Assembly: GCF_026719705.1 (NCBI RefSeq) | Contig: NZ_JAPPRR010000002.1 | Coordinates: forward strand, 39,091-63,090 | Reading direction: 5' to 3' | Source of the DNA: Pseudokordiimonas caeni | Lineage (GTDB): Bacteria; Pseudomonadota; Alphaproteobacteria; Sphingomonadales; Kordiimonadaceae | Length of the DNA stretch: 24,000 nucleotides | Shown: positions 1 to 8,212 of the stretch, in pieces | Layout of the letters: each line of letters begins with the position of its first letter | Position numbering within the stretch: the first letter of the stretch is position 1 | Position numbers and translations under genes: made by a program | The notes under the pieces: generated by a model | The model's database searches: none | Told to the model about the DNA's origin: nothing | The model's input: the letters and a program-made list of their open reading frames with translations, nothing else

Positions 1-3
1 CCC

Positions 4-1071
4 TTAAAGGAAGCTCAGCAGGCTGGTCGCCCCGCCGCCCAGGCCAAACGCCCGGGATATATTCAGGGACGTTTCATAGTTCCTGACGATCGTATTGTAA
101 TACTGGTCATCCAGCCCTGCAGCTTCGCGTTCCTCGACGCTCATCGAGCCATATTGCGCGATCAGCTTCTTGGAAAACGCCGTGGGATCGCCGGTGCCGC
201 CTGCTGACTGGAAGGCACTTTGCACGCTTTGGCCGAACCGGGATTTCATCTCCGAGCGCGCGGCGGCAATTTCCGTGCTGGTAAATGTGTCAGTGCGGTT
301 GAGGACGATCGCCGAAAGGGCCCTGCTGCCGAATTTCGACAGATCCTTCAAGTCTCCGGCTTTTGCATAGATGTTATCGAGCCCCGCGCGGGCGTCATCG
401 GAGACATCGGCAAAGGTGCGGTCCTTAACCTGCTCGCCTTTGGCCACGCGCCCAAGATAGGCCACCACCGGATCGCTCTTGATCCCCTGTGGCGGCTGGC
501 CCGGATTGCTGTTCAACTGCCCGAGCGCCTGGGACACCGCCGCATAGTGTTGCTGCCATTCGGCAGATTTCTTCTCTTCGGCACTCGCAGCATCCAGATA
601 TTCGAGGGACGCTTCATAGAGATCCCTGTAGCTTCCCGTTACCTCAAGGAGCGAGTGAGCGCCCGAGAGTGCGGCATCAAATCGTTGCTGCAGCTCCGAT
701 TTTGCCGCCTTCTGCTCATCTGCCGTGAACTTGTTGCCGGTGTTCTGCGCAATGGCAAAAACCTCTGCCCGCTCGAAACCGGAAAGGTCAACCGCCAGCT
801 TGCCGTCTGTGAGGGGCGATGTGCGTCCGAGCCCGTCCAGGAGTTCGGTCAGTTCCCGGCGAAGCTTGTCGGTCTCGTCGTCGTCTGCCGACTGGCCACC
901 CCTCGCAAGGGCCGCCCTGCCCGCCTCAGACAAGGTGACACTGATGGCACTGTCGGAGAAACCATGGGACGGCTGCCCGGCTTTTTGCGGCTGTGGTTGC
1001 GCCTGAATATCGGAATAAGTCCGATTGTTCGCATATGGCAAAACATAGGCATTGGCGATGATGCTTGTCAT
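4..1071 (-). CDS. hypothetical protein, 355 aa, with two copies of an internal ~75-aa module; no family recognised
   Basis: ORF 4..1173 (-) with stop TAA at 4-6. I prefer the internal ATG at 1069-1071 (MTSIIANAYVLPY...). It has a G-rich SD-like run (CCGGGGGT) about 9 nt upstream. The 34 upstream codons (..GPFCAAKRAFPWHGACYSGEQ..) look non-coding and run into the divergent lipoprotein promoter region. No signal peptide or TM segment is seen. The opposite-strand ORFs (220..1107 etc.) are Arg/Gly/Pro-rich mirror frames. Confidence 0.6.
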   Translation of the reverse strand: MTSIIANAYVLPYANNRTYSDIQAQPQPQKAGQPSHGFSDSAISVTLSEAGRAALARGGQSADDDETDKLRRELTELLDGLGRTSPLTDGKLAVDLSGFERAEVFAIAQNTGNKFTADEQKAAKSELQQRFDAALSGAHSLLEVTGSYRDLYEASLEYLDAASAEEKKSAEWQQHYAAVSQALGQLNSNPGQPPQGIKSDPVVAYLGRVAKGEQVKDRTFADVSDDARAGLDNIYAKAGDLKDLSKFGSRALSAIVLNRTDTFTSTEIAAARSEMKSRFGQSVQSAFQSAGGTGDPTAFSKKLIAQYGSMSVEEREAAGLDDQYYNTIVRNYETSLNISRAFGLGGGATSLLSFL

Positions 1072-1199
1072 GTGTCGACCCCCGGGGAAACTGGACTGCT
1101 CGCCTGAGTAGCAAGCGCCGTGCCAAGGGAACGCCCTCTTTGCCGCACAAAATGGCCCCATTGCCGTGGTCATCTGAACGTCCAGACGGGAGAAAGATC

Positions 1200-1661
1200 A
1201 TGAAGACCAATTTTCCTTGTGGAATCCTTGCCTGCTGCCTCGCCCTCGGGGCCTGCGGCTCGGTCAGCAAGACCGAGGCCGGAACAGGCATCGGTGCAGT
1301 ATCAGGTGGCGTTATCGGCAAAGCCATAGGCGGCGGCACGTTCGGGCTGATCGCGGGCGCGGTGGCGGGTGGCCTCCTCGGCCACGAGATCGGAGAACGC
1401 ATGGACAAACGCGACCGCGAAAAGGCCCGGCTTGCGATGCAACAGAGCCTTGAATCCGGCCGCACCGGCTCGGTCTCGCACTGGCGCAATCCCGATACCG
1501 GCCACTATGGCATGGTGGTGCCGGGCGAGGCCTATACGCAAAACGGCCAGCCCTGCCGGCCTTACCGCGAGGCGGTGACGATCGACGGCAAGGCGACCGA
1601 GGTTGAAGGAACGGCCTGTCGCCGGGATGATGGTGTGTGGGTTGTCAGCAACGGCAGGTAG
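1200..1661 (+). CDS. outer-membrane lipoprotein, glycine-zipper / 17-kDa surface antigen family
   Basis: ATG at 1200 lies inside ORF 1065..1661, with SD GGGAGA (1188-1193) 6 nt upstream. The signal peptide has a lipobox (MKTNFPCGILACCLALGAC). A glycine-zipper stretch follows (GTGIGAVSGGVIGKAIGGGTFGLIAGAVAGGLLG). The C-terminal domain has the W.NP.TG....CR.Y....G.ACR..DG.W pattern typical of 17-kDa surface antigen-like proteins. Confidence 0.8.
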   Translation: MKTNFPCGILACCLALGACGSVSKTEAGTGIGAVSGGVIGKAIGGGTFGLIAGAVAGGLLGHEIGERMDKRDREKARLAMQQSLESGRTGSVSHWRNPDTGHYGMVVPGEAYTQNGQPCRPYREAVTIDGKATEVEGTACRRDDGVWVVSNGR

Positions 1662-1677
1662 TCGCACGCCGCTGCAT

Positions 1678-1724
1678 ACAAAGAAAACGGCCCGCCAGAT
1701 ATCCTGCGGGCCGTTCTTTCATTC
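1678..1724. terminator. bidirectional rho-independent terminator between the convergent lipoprotein gene and nrdB
   Basis: Perfect 10-bp GC-rich stem AACGGCCCGC (1686-1695) / GCGGGCCGTT (1706-1715) with a 10-nt loop. The minus-strand transcript continues TTCTTTGT after the stem. The plus-strand transcript continues CTTTCATTCTC. Confidence 0.65.
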
Positions 1725-2684
1725 TCAACTGAAGGCTTCGTCCCAGCTGCCGCGGGTAGCCGCCTTCGAATATTCGGTGGCGCGGTTTTCGAAGAAGTTG
1801 GTGTGTTCCACCGCATTCAGCATGTTATCGAGCCACGGCAGCGGATTGTCCTCGATCTGGTACATTGCATCGAAGCCGAGCTGGCCGAGGCGGCGGTCGG
1901 CAATATAGCGGATATATTGCTTCACTTCCTCGGGCTTCAGGCCCTCGATCTCGCCCATCCCGAACGACAGGTCGATGAAGGCATCTTCATGTTCCACAAT
2001 CGTGCGGCAGGCGTCGACGATCTTTGCCTTCAGGTCATCGGTCCAGATTTCCTTGTGTTCGGAGATCAGCGTCTTGAAAAGCTTGATGATGCTGTCGCAG
2101 TGCAGGCTTTCGTCGCGCACCGACCAGGAAACGATCTGGCCCATGCCCTTCATCTTGTTGAAGCGCGGGAAGTTAAGGAGCATCGCGAAGGATGCAAAAA
2201 GCTGCAGCCCCTCGGTGAAGGCCCCGAACACAGCGAGCGTCAGCGCGGTCGACGCCAGGTCGTCCGAGTTGAACTGCTGCATGTAATCATATTTATCCTT
2301 CATTTCCTTGTACTTAAGGAAAGCGGAATATTCCGTCTCCGGCATGCCGATCGTATCGAGAAGATGGCTATAGGCTGCGATATGGATGGTCTCCATATTC
2401 GAGAAGGCCGACAGCATCATCTGCACCTCGGTCGGTTTGAAGACCTTGGTATAATGCTTCATGTAGCAATTGTTCACCTCGATATCCGACTGGGTGAAGA
2501 AGCGGAAAATCTGGGTCAGCAGGTTCTTCTCGGACGGGGTCAGCTTGTTCGCCCAGTCGCGCACGTCCTCCGCGAGCGGCACCTCTTCCGGCAGCCAGTG
2601 GATCTGCTGCTGTTTCAGCCAGGCTTCATAAGCCCAGGGGTAACGGAAGGGTTTGTAGACGTGGCGTTCTTCAAGCAGCGACAT
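1725..2684 (-). CDS. nrdB: ribonucleoside-diphosphate reductase beta subunit (class I, diiron-tyrosyl radical type)
   Basis: ORF 1725..2690 (-). The metal and radical motifs are in register with E. coli R2: NMETIHIAAYS (E-x-x-H, with Tyr 4 residues after His), FTEGLQLF, and VRDESLHCD (E-x-x-H). The tracked start at 2690 is a TTG. The ATG at 2682-2684 (MSLLEERHVYKPF) has GAGG 8 nt upstream, so I call 2684. Confidence 0.93.
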   Translation of the reverse strand: MSLLEERHVYKPFRYPWAYEAWLKQQQIHWLPEEVPLAEDVRDWANKLTPSEKNLLTQIFRFFTQSDIEVNNCYMKHYTKVFKPTEVQMMLSAFSNMETIHIAAYSHLLDTIGMPETEYSAFLKYKEMKDKYDYMQQFNSDDLASTALTLAVFGAFTEGLQLFASFAMLLNFPRFNKMKGMGQIVSWSVRDESLHCDSIIKLFKTLISEHKEIWTDDLKAKIVDACRTIVEHEDAFIDLSFGMGEIEGLKPEEVKQYIRYIADRRLGQLGFDAMYQIEDNPLPWLDNMLNAVEHTNFFENRATEYSKAATRGSWDEAFS

Positions 2685-2770
2685 GGGCAAAGCCTCGAAA
2701 CGAAAGGGTCGGGATCAGGCGGGACGGCTGCAATTGCCGCCCCGTTCGCGAAAAGGAGCTGCCTGCCGCC

Positions 2771-4657
2771 TTATTGGCAGGCCAGGCATTCCTCGTAATT
2801 GGTGGTCGTCTGCACCGGCATTTCGGCAAGCGCCAGCTGCACGGCTTCGGGCGTTTTCTTCTTCAGCGTGTCGTTCGAGACAACCTCGGCGCGCTGGATC
2901 GATTTCGACCGGCAGTAATAGAGGCTCTTCAGGCCCTTCTTCCAGGCCTGGAAGTGGATCTGGTGCAGGTCGCGCTTGTGCACGTCGGCCGGCAGGAAGA
3001 TGTTCACCGACTGGGCCTGGCTGATGTAGGGCGCACGGTCGGCGGCAAGTTCCACCACCCAGCGCTGGTCCAGCTCGAACGCGGTCTTGAACACGGCCTT
3101 TTCCTCGTCCGAGAGGAAATCGAGATGCTGCACCGAGCCTTCGTTGACGGTGATCGAGGTCCAGACGGCTTCGGTATTCATGCCCTTCTCGGTGAGGAGG
3201 CGGGTCAGCGCGCGGTTGCGCACGTTGAAGCTGCCCGAAAGCGTCTTCTGGTTATAGCTGTTGGCCGCGATCGGCTCGATGCCGGGGCTCGACCCGCCGC
3301 AGATTGTGGAGATCGAAGCGGTCGGCGCAATCGCCGTCTTGTTCGAGAAACGCTCCATGATGCCATAGTCAGCCGCATCCGGGCACGGGCCCCGCTCCAG
3401 CGCCAGTTCGTGCGAGGCACGGTCCACCTCGGTCTGGATATGCTTGAAGATGCGGTTGTTCCAGGCTTTCGCGAGCGCGCTTTCGAACGGGACCATATTG
3501 TCCTGCAGGAAGCTGTGGAAGCCCATCACGCCAAGGCCGACCGAACGCTCGCGCATGGCGGCGTAGCGGGCCTTCACCATGCTGTCGGGCGCACGGTTGA
3601 TGAAGTCCTGCAGCACGTTATCAAGGAAACGCATCACATCGGGGATGAACTGCTTGTCGTCTTTCCATTCCTTGTAGGTTTCAAGGTTGAGGCTCGACAG
3701 GCAGCAAACAGCCGTGCGCTCGTTGCCAAGGTGGTCGACACCCGTCGGCAGCGTGATTTCGGCGCAAAGGTTCGAGGTTTTCACCGTGAGGCCCGCGAGC
3801 TTGTGATGCTCGGGAATCTGGCGGTTCACGGTATCCGAATAGATGATATAGGGCTCGCCGGTTTCCACACGCGCGGTGAGAAGGCGAATCCACAGGGCGC
3901 GTGCCGAAACGGTGCGCACGGCATGGCCATCCTTGGGGCTCGTCAGCGCGAACTGCTCGTCGGCCTCAACCGCGCGCATGAATTCGTCGGTCACCAGCAC
4001 GCCGTGGTGCAGGTTCGGCGTCTTGCGGTTCGGGTCACCGCCCGTGGGGCGGCGCAGCTCGATGAATTCCTCAATCTCCGGATGGTGGATCGGCAGATAA
4101 ACGGCGGCCGAACCACGACGCAGGCTGCCCTGGCTGATGGCAAGGGTCAGGCTGTCCATCACCCGCACGAAGGGGATGATGCCGCTGGTTTTGCCCACAC
4201 CGCCGACGGTTTCGCCGATCGAGCGCAGATTGCCCCAATAGGAGCCGATGCCGCCACCACGGGCCGCGAGCCATACGTTTTCGGTCCACAGGCCCACGAT
4301 GGAATCGAGCTTGTCCTGGGCCTCATTAAGGAAGCAGGAAATCGGCAGGCCGCGGTTGGTGCCGCCGTTCGACAGAACGGGCGTTGCGGGCATGAACCAA
4401 AGCTTCGAGATATAATCATAGAGCCGCTGGGAATGTTCCTTGCTGTCGCCGTAATAGCTGGCCACACGGGCGAACAGATCCTGGAAACTTTCACCGGGCA
4501 TCAGATACCGGTCCGACAAGGTTGCCTTGCCAAACTCGGTCAGGAGATCGTCGCGGCTGCGGTCGATCTGAACCGCGCCACCGTGCTCGTAATGCGTGAC
4601 CTCAAACATGGTGCCCATAACTCCCTTTACCACCTGATTCGGAATCGTTCTCTTCAT
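2771..4657 (-). CDS. nrdA: ribonucleoside-diphosphate reductase alpha subunit, class I, short form lacking an N-terminal ATP-cone
   Basis: ORF 2771..4657 (-), 628 aa. The catalytic motifs are present: LPISCFL, TSNLCAEI (N-x-C-x-E), the radical-transfer pair SLYYCRS, and the C-terminal redox pair CLAC. GAGG lies 4 nt upstream of the ATG at 4657. Alternative starts at 4618 and 4609 cannot be excluded. There is no V.KRDG-type ATP-cone motif before the TLSDRYL region. Confidence 0.93.
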   Translation of the reverse strand: MKRTIPNQVVKGVMGTMFEVTHYEHGGAVQIDRSRDDLLTEFGKATLSDRYLMPGESFQDLFARVASYYGDSKEHSQRLYDYISKLWFMPATPVLSNGGTNRGLPISCFLNEAQDKLDSIVGLWTENVWLAARGGGIGSYWGNLRSIGETVGGVGKTSGIIPFVRVMDSLTLAISQGSLRRGSAAVYLPIHHPEIEEFIELRRPTGGDPNRKTPNLHHGVLVTDEFMRAVEADEQFALTSPKDGHAVRTVSARALWIRLLTARVETGEPYIIYSDTVNRQIPEHHKLAGLTVKTSNLCAEITLPTGVDHLGNERTAVCCLSSLNLETYKEWKDDKQFIPDVMRFLDNVLQDFINRAPDSMVKARYAAMRERSVGLGVMGFHSFLQDNMVPFESALAKAWNNRIFKHIQTEVDRASHELALERGPCPDAADYGIMERFSNKTAIAPTASISTICGGSSPGIEPIAANSYNQKTLSGSFNVRNRALTRLLTEKGMNTEAVWTSITVNEGSVQHLDFLSDEEKAVFKTAFELDQRWVVELAADRAPYISQAQSVNIFLPADVHKRDLHQIHFQAWKKGLKSLYYCRSKSIQRAEVVSNDTLKKKTPEAVQLALAEMPVQTTTNYEECLACQ

Positions 4658-4696
4658 TCCGCCTCAGGTGCCAGCAAACCAGCATGCCTGAAAATG

Positions 4697-4711
4697 GAAC
4701 AAATGTCGAAC
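4697..4711 (-). promoter_or_regulatory. candidate alphaproteobacterial-type SOS (LexA) box, GAAC-N7-GAAC (GTTC-N7-GTTC on the nrdA strand)
   Basis: GAAC (4697-4700), aaatgtc, GAAC (4708-4711), lying 40-54 nt upstream of the nrdA ATG. It overlaps an inverted repeat ATGTCG (4703-4708) / CGACAT (4716-4721). This is a motif match only, and 8 fixed bases can occur by chance. Confidence 0.3.
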
Positions 4712-4800
4712 ATTCCGACATTTCTCTATGTTTTGCTTGAAGTTGGGGGACAGCCGCCCTCAGTGCCCCGCTAGCAACGCACCCCCGAACTCGAAAATCG

Positions 4801-4830
4801 AGAATAAGGACAAACGGGGGGGCTCGTCAA
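4801..4830 (-). promoter_or_regulatory. candidate sigma70-type promoter for nrdAB
   Basis: On the minus strand, -35 is TTGACG (complement of 4825-4830), followed by an 18-nt spacer and -10 TATTCT (complement of 4801-4806). This would give a ~140-nt leader. It is pattern-based only. A weaker alternative is TCGACA / CATGCT closer to the start codon. Confidence 0.3.
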
Positions 4831-4854
4831 CATAAAGGGCAAAACGTTGGAAGC

Positions 4855-4870
4855 GCTACAATATGTAGTG
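4855..4870. promoter_or_regulatory. NrdR-box-like palindrome upstream of nrdAB
   Basis: CTACA-ATA-TGTAG forms perfect 5-bp arms (4856-4868). The 16-mer CTACAATATGTAGTGG (4856-4871) matches 12 of 16 positions of the published NrdR-box consensus acaCwAtATaTwGtgt as I recall it. Its symmetry centre is offset from that of the consensus. Only one box was found, whereas NrdR boxes normally come in pairs. Confidence 0.35.
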
Positions 4871-4883
4871 GCTGATGGGTGTG

Positions 4884-4914
4884 AAAAAGGCGCCGGATTT
4901 TGGCCCGACGCCTT
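4884..4914 (-). terminator. rho-independent terminator downstream of accA
   Basis: The minus-strand RNA reads AAGGCGUCGG-GCCAAAAU-CCGGCGCCUU followed by UUUCAC. The stem is 10 bp with one G-U pair. That same position is a C-A mismatch on the plus strand, so the hairpin is strand-specific for accA. The U-tract is short. Confidence 0.55.
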
Positions 4915-4962
4915 CATTCTTGCCGATTCGCGGTCCCTTTGCGGGGCTCCGTCCGATGCGGC

Positions 4963-5919
4963 TTAATTGATGCCTTTTGCCCCCATGGCGAGGAATTTTT
5001 CACGGCGCAGGCGGCGCAGCCGTTCGCCGTCCATCCCGGCCATGGATTTGAGGCTTTCCTCGATGGCGTCACCGAGCATGTTCATGGCGCGCTCGCGATC
5101 ACGGTGGGCGCCACCAAGGGGCTCCGCGACGATCTTGTCAATCACACCGAGGGTGAGAAGATCCTGCGCGGTGATCTTCAGCGCGGTTGCCGCATCCTTC
5201 GCCTTTTCGTTGGTGCGCCACAGAATCGAGGCGCAGCCTTCAGGCGAGATCACCGAATAGATGGCATGTTCGAACATCAGGACAGTGTTGGCCGCCGCGA
5301 TGGCAACCGCACCGCCCGAGCCACCCTCGCCCACAATAGTGGTCACAAGCGGCACACCGAGCGACAGGCATTTGTCGGTCGAGCGCGCGATGGCCTCCGC
5401 CTGGCCGCGCTCCTCGGCGCCCACACCAGGGTAAGCACCCGAGGTGTCAACCAGCGTGATGACCGGCAGGCCGAAGCGGTCGGCCATGTCCATCAGGCGG
5501 ATCGCTTTCCGGTAGCCTTCGGGCCGTGCCATGCCGAAATTGTGGCGGATGCGGCTTTCGGTGTCCGATCCCTTTTCATGGCCGATGATCACGCAGGCTT
5601 CACCGCGGAAACGGGCAAGCCCGCCGATCACGGCTTCGTCTTCCCCAAAGGTGCGATCACCGGCAAGCGGCGTGAAATCTTCCGTGAGGTGCGCCACGAT
5701 ATCCTTGAAATGGGGGCGCTCCGGGTGACGCGCCACCTGCATCTTCTGCCAGGGCGTCAGGTTTGCGTAGGTATCTTTCAGGAGGCGACCAAGCTTGCCT
5801 TCAAGCTGGCCAACCTCGGAACCGATATCGAAATCGCGGCCGTGGCTGAAGCTCCGAAGCTCGCGGATCTTGCCCTCGAGCTCGGCAATCGGCTTTTCGA
5901 ATTCGAGAAAAGTCATCAT
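4963..5919 (-). CDS. accA: acetyl-CoA carboxylase carboxyltransferase alpha subunit
   Basis: ORF 4963..5967 (-). The motifs are [42 protein letters not shown] and [13 protein letters not shown]. The tracked start at 5967 is a GTG with GGAGAGG 8 nt upstream. The ATG-ATG at 5914-5919 gives a 318-aa product beginning [10 protein letters not shown], like typical AccA. The start is uncertain between 5919 and 5967. Confidence 0.9.
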   Translation of the reverse strand: MMTFLEFEKPIAELEGKIRELRSFSHGRDFDIGSEVGQLEGKLGRLLKDTYANLTPWQKMQVARHPERPHFKDIVAHLTEDFTPLAGDRTFGEDEAVIGGLARFRGEACVIIGHEKGSDTESRIRHNFGMARPEGYRKAIRLMDMADRFGLPVITLVDTSGAYPGVGAEERGQAEAIARSTDKCLSLGVPLVTTIVGEGGSGGAVAIAAANTVLMFEHAIYSVISPEGCASILWRTNEKAKDAATALKITAQDLLTLGVIDKIVAEPLGGAHRDRERAMNMLGDAIEESLKSMAGMDGERLRRLRREKFLAMGAKGIN

Positions 5920-6076
5920 CTGGCGTTCGCCCTTTTCAGTTGGGACTGTTTTATTATCGCGCGTCACGGGGCACGCCTCTCCACGTCTGTTGCTCCGGAC
6001 TTCGGGCGCAAAATCCCCGAAGCTTCCCGGCCTGTCAACACAAGAACCAGCCGGTCCAGTAATCAGTATGGCACGC

Positions 6077-8212
6077 TCAGAGGCGCCTTGAAGAAGTTTT
6101 TTCGGCCATCAGGGCTTCCCGGTCAAGGGGCACCTCGCGCTCCTCTTCTCGCACGAACATGTCCATCTGGTCTGTATGATGGGGCGAATCCGGCCGCCCG
6201 GCCGCCGCGCCGAAGCTGTGGGCCGAGCGCGCGGTGAAGCCGCCCTTGCCATCCCAGTCGGCGAAAAGGATATAGCTGTCGCCCGCCACATCGCGCATGC
6301 GGCCATCGGCGTCCCGCTCACCGTAAACCGCGCGCAGGATATCGGGCCCACCCGCTATCGGCAGGTCGATCCCGCCGCGCCGCAGACGGCTCACCTCGCC
6401 CCATTCGGGGTCGATCCGCCCGAACCGGGTAACGAGATAATTGAGCGCCACAGGCAGCCGCCCCCAAACGTCCGGCATCGGTTCGTCCGCTTCCCATGCC
6501 TTGATCATGGGATAGAGAAGCGCGATGCCAAGCGCGGCCGAGCGGTCATCCAGCGCTGTCCCGCCCCGCCAGCGGCGCAGAAGGTCGACCCCTTCGCGTT
6601 CCTCCACGCCAAGCCACACGGGCGGCTCCAGAAGCGCGGTCCGCAGCGCCACAAGTGGCGGGTAGGAAGGGTCGAAGACCTTGTCATATTTGATCTCGCG
6701 GAAGGCATCGGGGCTGACGGGGGCCGCGAGCGTCAGCAGGCGGTTCAGCCTGAGCGCCCGGTTCGTCAGGTTCCCCTGCACCCCGAGGCGGGCCGGGAAA
6801 TCGTCCGGCACCGGGGCGCCGGCGCCAGTCGTTGCCAGATAGGGGCTGTTGTTGGCATTGAAGACAATCCCGCTTTCCGGGTTCACTGTCTTCGGAACCG
6901 CGCTGAAGGGCTCATAGCCTTCAACGAAGATCGAGCTCTGGTCCCCCGGCACCAGCTTCCGCCAGTCAAGGCCCGGCACATTCGGCCGCTTCGGGAACTG
7001 GGCATTATAATAATGAGCGACATCGCCAGAAGCCGTCGCCATCACATAATTGAGGCTCGGCAGGCTGCCACGTGCCAGTGCCGCCTCGAAGGCCGCGCGG
7101 TCCTTCGCCTTGTTCAGCGCATACATGGCATCGAGCATGCCAAGCTCGCGGTAGCCTGCGAACCGCACGGCATAATAATCGCCATTCACCTCGACCACCG
7201 GGCCGAACAGGGTTTCATAAACCGTGCGTTCGACCGTCCAGTAAAACGGTCCCCAGAGCTTCACGCGGATCGGCACGGTGCGGGCGGTCATGGGCGCCCA
7301 TTTGTTATCCAGCGTATAGGCAAGCGCACCGCCGGGGTGGCGGCGGATCCTGAACACATCGACAAGATCGGGCGTGTTCACCGTATTGGCCCAGCCGAGA
7401 TCGGGTCCTGCTCCGTGCAGGATAAGGGGCGCACCGGGGAAGGTGCCGCCAACCATGTCCCACCCCTCTTCCGATTTCACCCGCGCCTCATACCAGGCAA
7501 CAGGGCCGGTAAGCGGCTGGTGGCTGTTCACGAGAAGCCGGGTGTGTCCGTCCGTTGTCGCCTTGGGGGCAAGCGCCACGCCCTGGCTGCCAACCGGCAG
7601 GCTCTCCTCCTCTTCCTCGGGCTGCGCACTGCTTGGCATGCCGGGATAGGTGCCAGCGAACAGTGCCGAGATCGCCTTGTCGAAACCATAGAAAAGCGGC
7701 GTCTTGAACGTGAAGCCCGCCACCACATCCTCGCCCTTCACCGGCAGCAAAAGGCTGGAGGCTTCGCCCGGATGGGTGGCGGCATAATGATTGATGCCAT
7801 CGGCATAGGCTTCGGCAAGGGCGCGGGCCTCGGCGCTCACCTTTGTCGCATAGCCTTTCTCGACCGTGCGCTTCACATCCATGAATCCGACGAGGAAATC
7901 GGCTGGCGCCGCCGACGGACCTTTTTCAGCGGCGAGCATGCCACGGGTGGCCAGCACCACATCCTGGATGGTCGGGAAATCGTCCTCGGCATGCGCGAAA
8001 GCGAGGCCGAAGGCCACATCCACATCACGCGCGCCATAGATATGCGGCACGCCGTAATCGTCACGGATGATTTCCACGTCATACCGATCGGCAAGGTCCA
8101 GATAACGGTCAGCAGGTACCGGCTTCGGCCCGGTGGCAACGATCCAGAAAAGCCCCCAGACGAGAAGTGCGGGCACGAGGGCAGCCACGGGATAGCGGGA
8201 TCTGGTCGTCAT
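6077..8212 (-). CDS. penicillin-acylase family Ntn-hydrolase (peptidase S45); possible acyl-homoserine-lactone acylase
   Basis: ORF 6077..8212 (-), 711 aa. It has an N-terminal hydrophobic anchor or signal ([20 protein letters not shown]). The alpha-subunit motif is [27 protein letters not shown]. An acidic spacer ([11 protein letters not shown]) is followed by the predicted nucleophile Ser209 (SQGVALAP, codon 7586-7588). The SD GGAG lies 7 nt upstream of the ATG, only 16 nt after the xerD stop. Confidence 0.85.
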   Translation of the reverse strand: MTTRSRYPVAALVPALLVWGLFWIVATGPKPVPADRYLDLADRYDVEIIRDDYGVPHIYGARDVDVAFGLAFAHAEDDFPTIQDVVLATRGMLAAEKGPSAAPADFLVGFMDVKRTVEKGYATKVSAEARALAEAYADGINHYAATHPGEASSLLLPVKGEDVVAGFTFKTPLFYGFDKAISALFAGTYPGMPSSAQPEEEEESLPVGSQGVALAPKATTDGHTRLLVNSHQPLTGPVAWYEARVKSEEGWDMVGGTFPGAPLILHGAGPDLGWANTVNTPDLVDVFRIRRHPGGALAYTLDNKWAPMTARTVPIRVKLWGPFYWTVERTVYETLFGPVVEVNGDYYAVRFAGYRELGMLDAMYALNKAKDRAAFEAALARGSLPSLNYVMATASGDVAHYYNAQFPKRPNVPGLDWRKLVPGDQSSIFVEGYEPFSAVPKTVNPESGIVFNANNSPYLATTGAGAPVPDDFPARLGVQGNLTNRALRLNRLLTLAAPVSPDAFREIKYDKVFDPSYPPLVALRTALLEPPVWLGVEEREGVDLLRRWRGGTALDDRSAALGIALLYPMIKAWEADEPMPDVWGRLPVALNYLVTRFGRIDPEWGEVSRLRRGGIDLPIAGGPDILRAVYGERDADGRMRDVAGDSYILFADWDGKGGFTARSAHSFGAAAGRPDSPHHTDQMDMFVREEEREVPLDREALMAEKTSSRRL

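Noticed and set aside
2774-4774. Very long ORFs antisense to the called genes: 2774..4774, 4900..6237, 6176..8245, 9374..10615, 11798..13207, 12865..14571, 14596..15300, 15303..16064, 16939..19755 and 21327..23474.
   Set aside because: Each lies opposite a gene with unmistakable family motifs. Their translations are Arg/Gly/Pro/His-rich and low in complexity, with no recognisable motifs. This is the usual stop-codon-poor mirror frame of high-GC coding DNA.
4658-4800. Possible riboswitch (for example cobalamin) or other structured element in the long nrdA leader. The run GTTCGGGGG ... CCCCCAAC could close a helix.
   Set aside because: I could not find a B12-box-like element or the other conserved cobalamin-riboswitch cores. 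GCCACTA at the palindrome is only a partial coincidence. One possible long-range helix is not enough, and a covariance-model scan would be needed.
4822-4838. A second NrdR box one or three helical turns from the palindrome at 4856-4868.
   Set aside because: The best candidates at the expected spacing match only about 7 of 16 consensus positions. I therefore treat the NrdR assignment as weak and list only one site.
6000-6022. Hairpin CTTCGGG-N9-CCCGAAG between the acylase stop and the accA start, considered as a terminator.
   Set aside because: No U-tract follows on the minus strand (TCCGGAGCAAC). It may be an mRNA-stabilising or processing structure, but I cannot support a terminator call. 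A perfect TTGACA lies just upstream of it on the minus strand, so the region may simply be the accA promoter.
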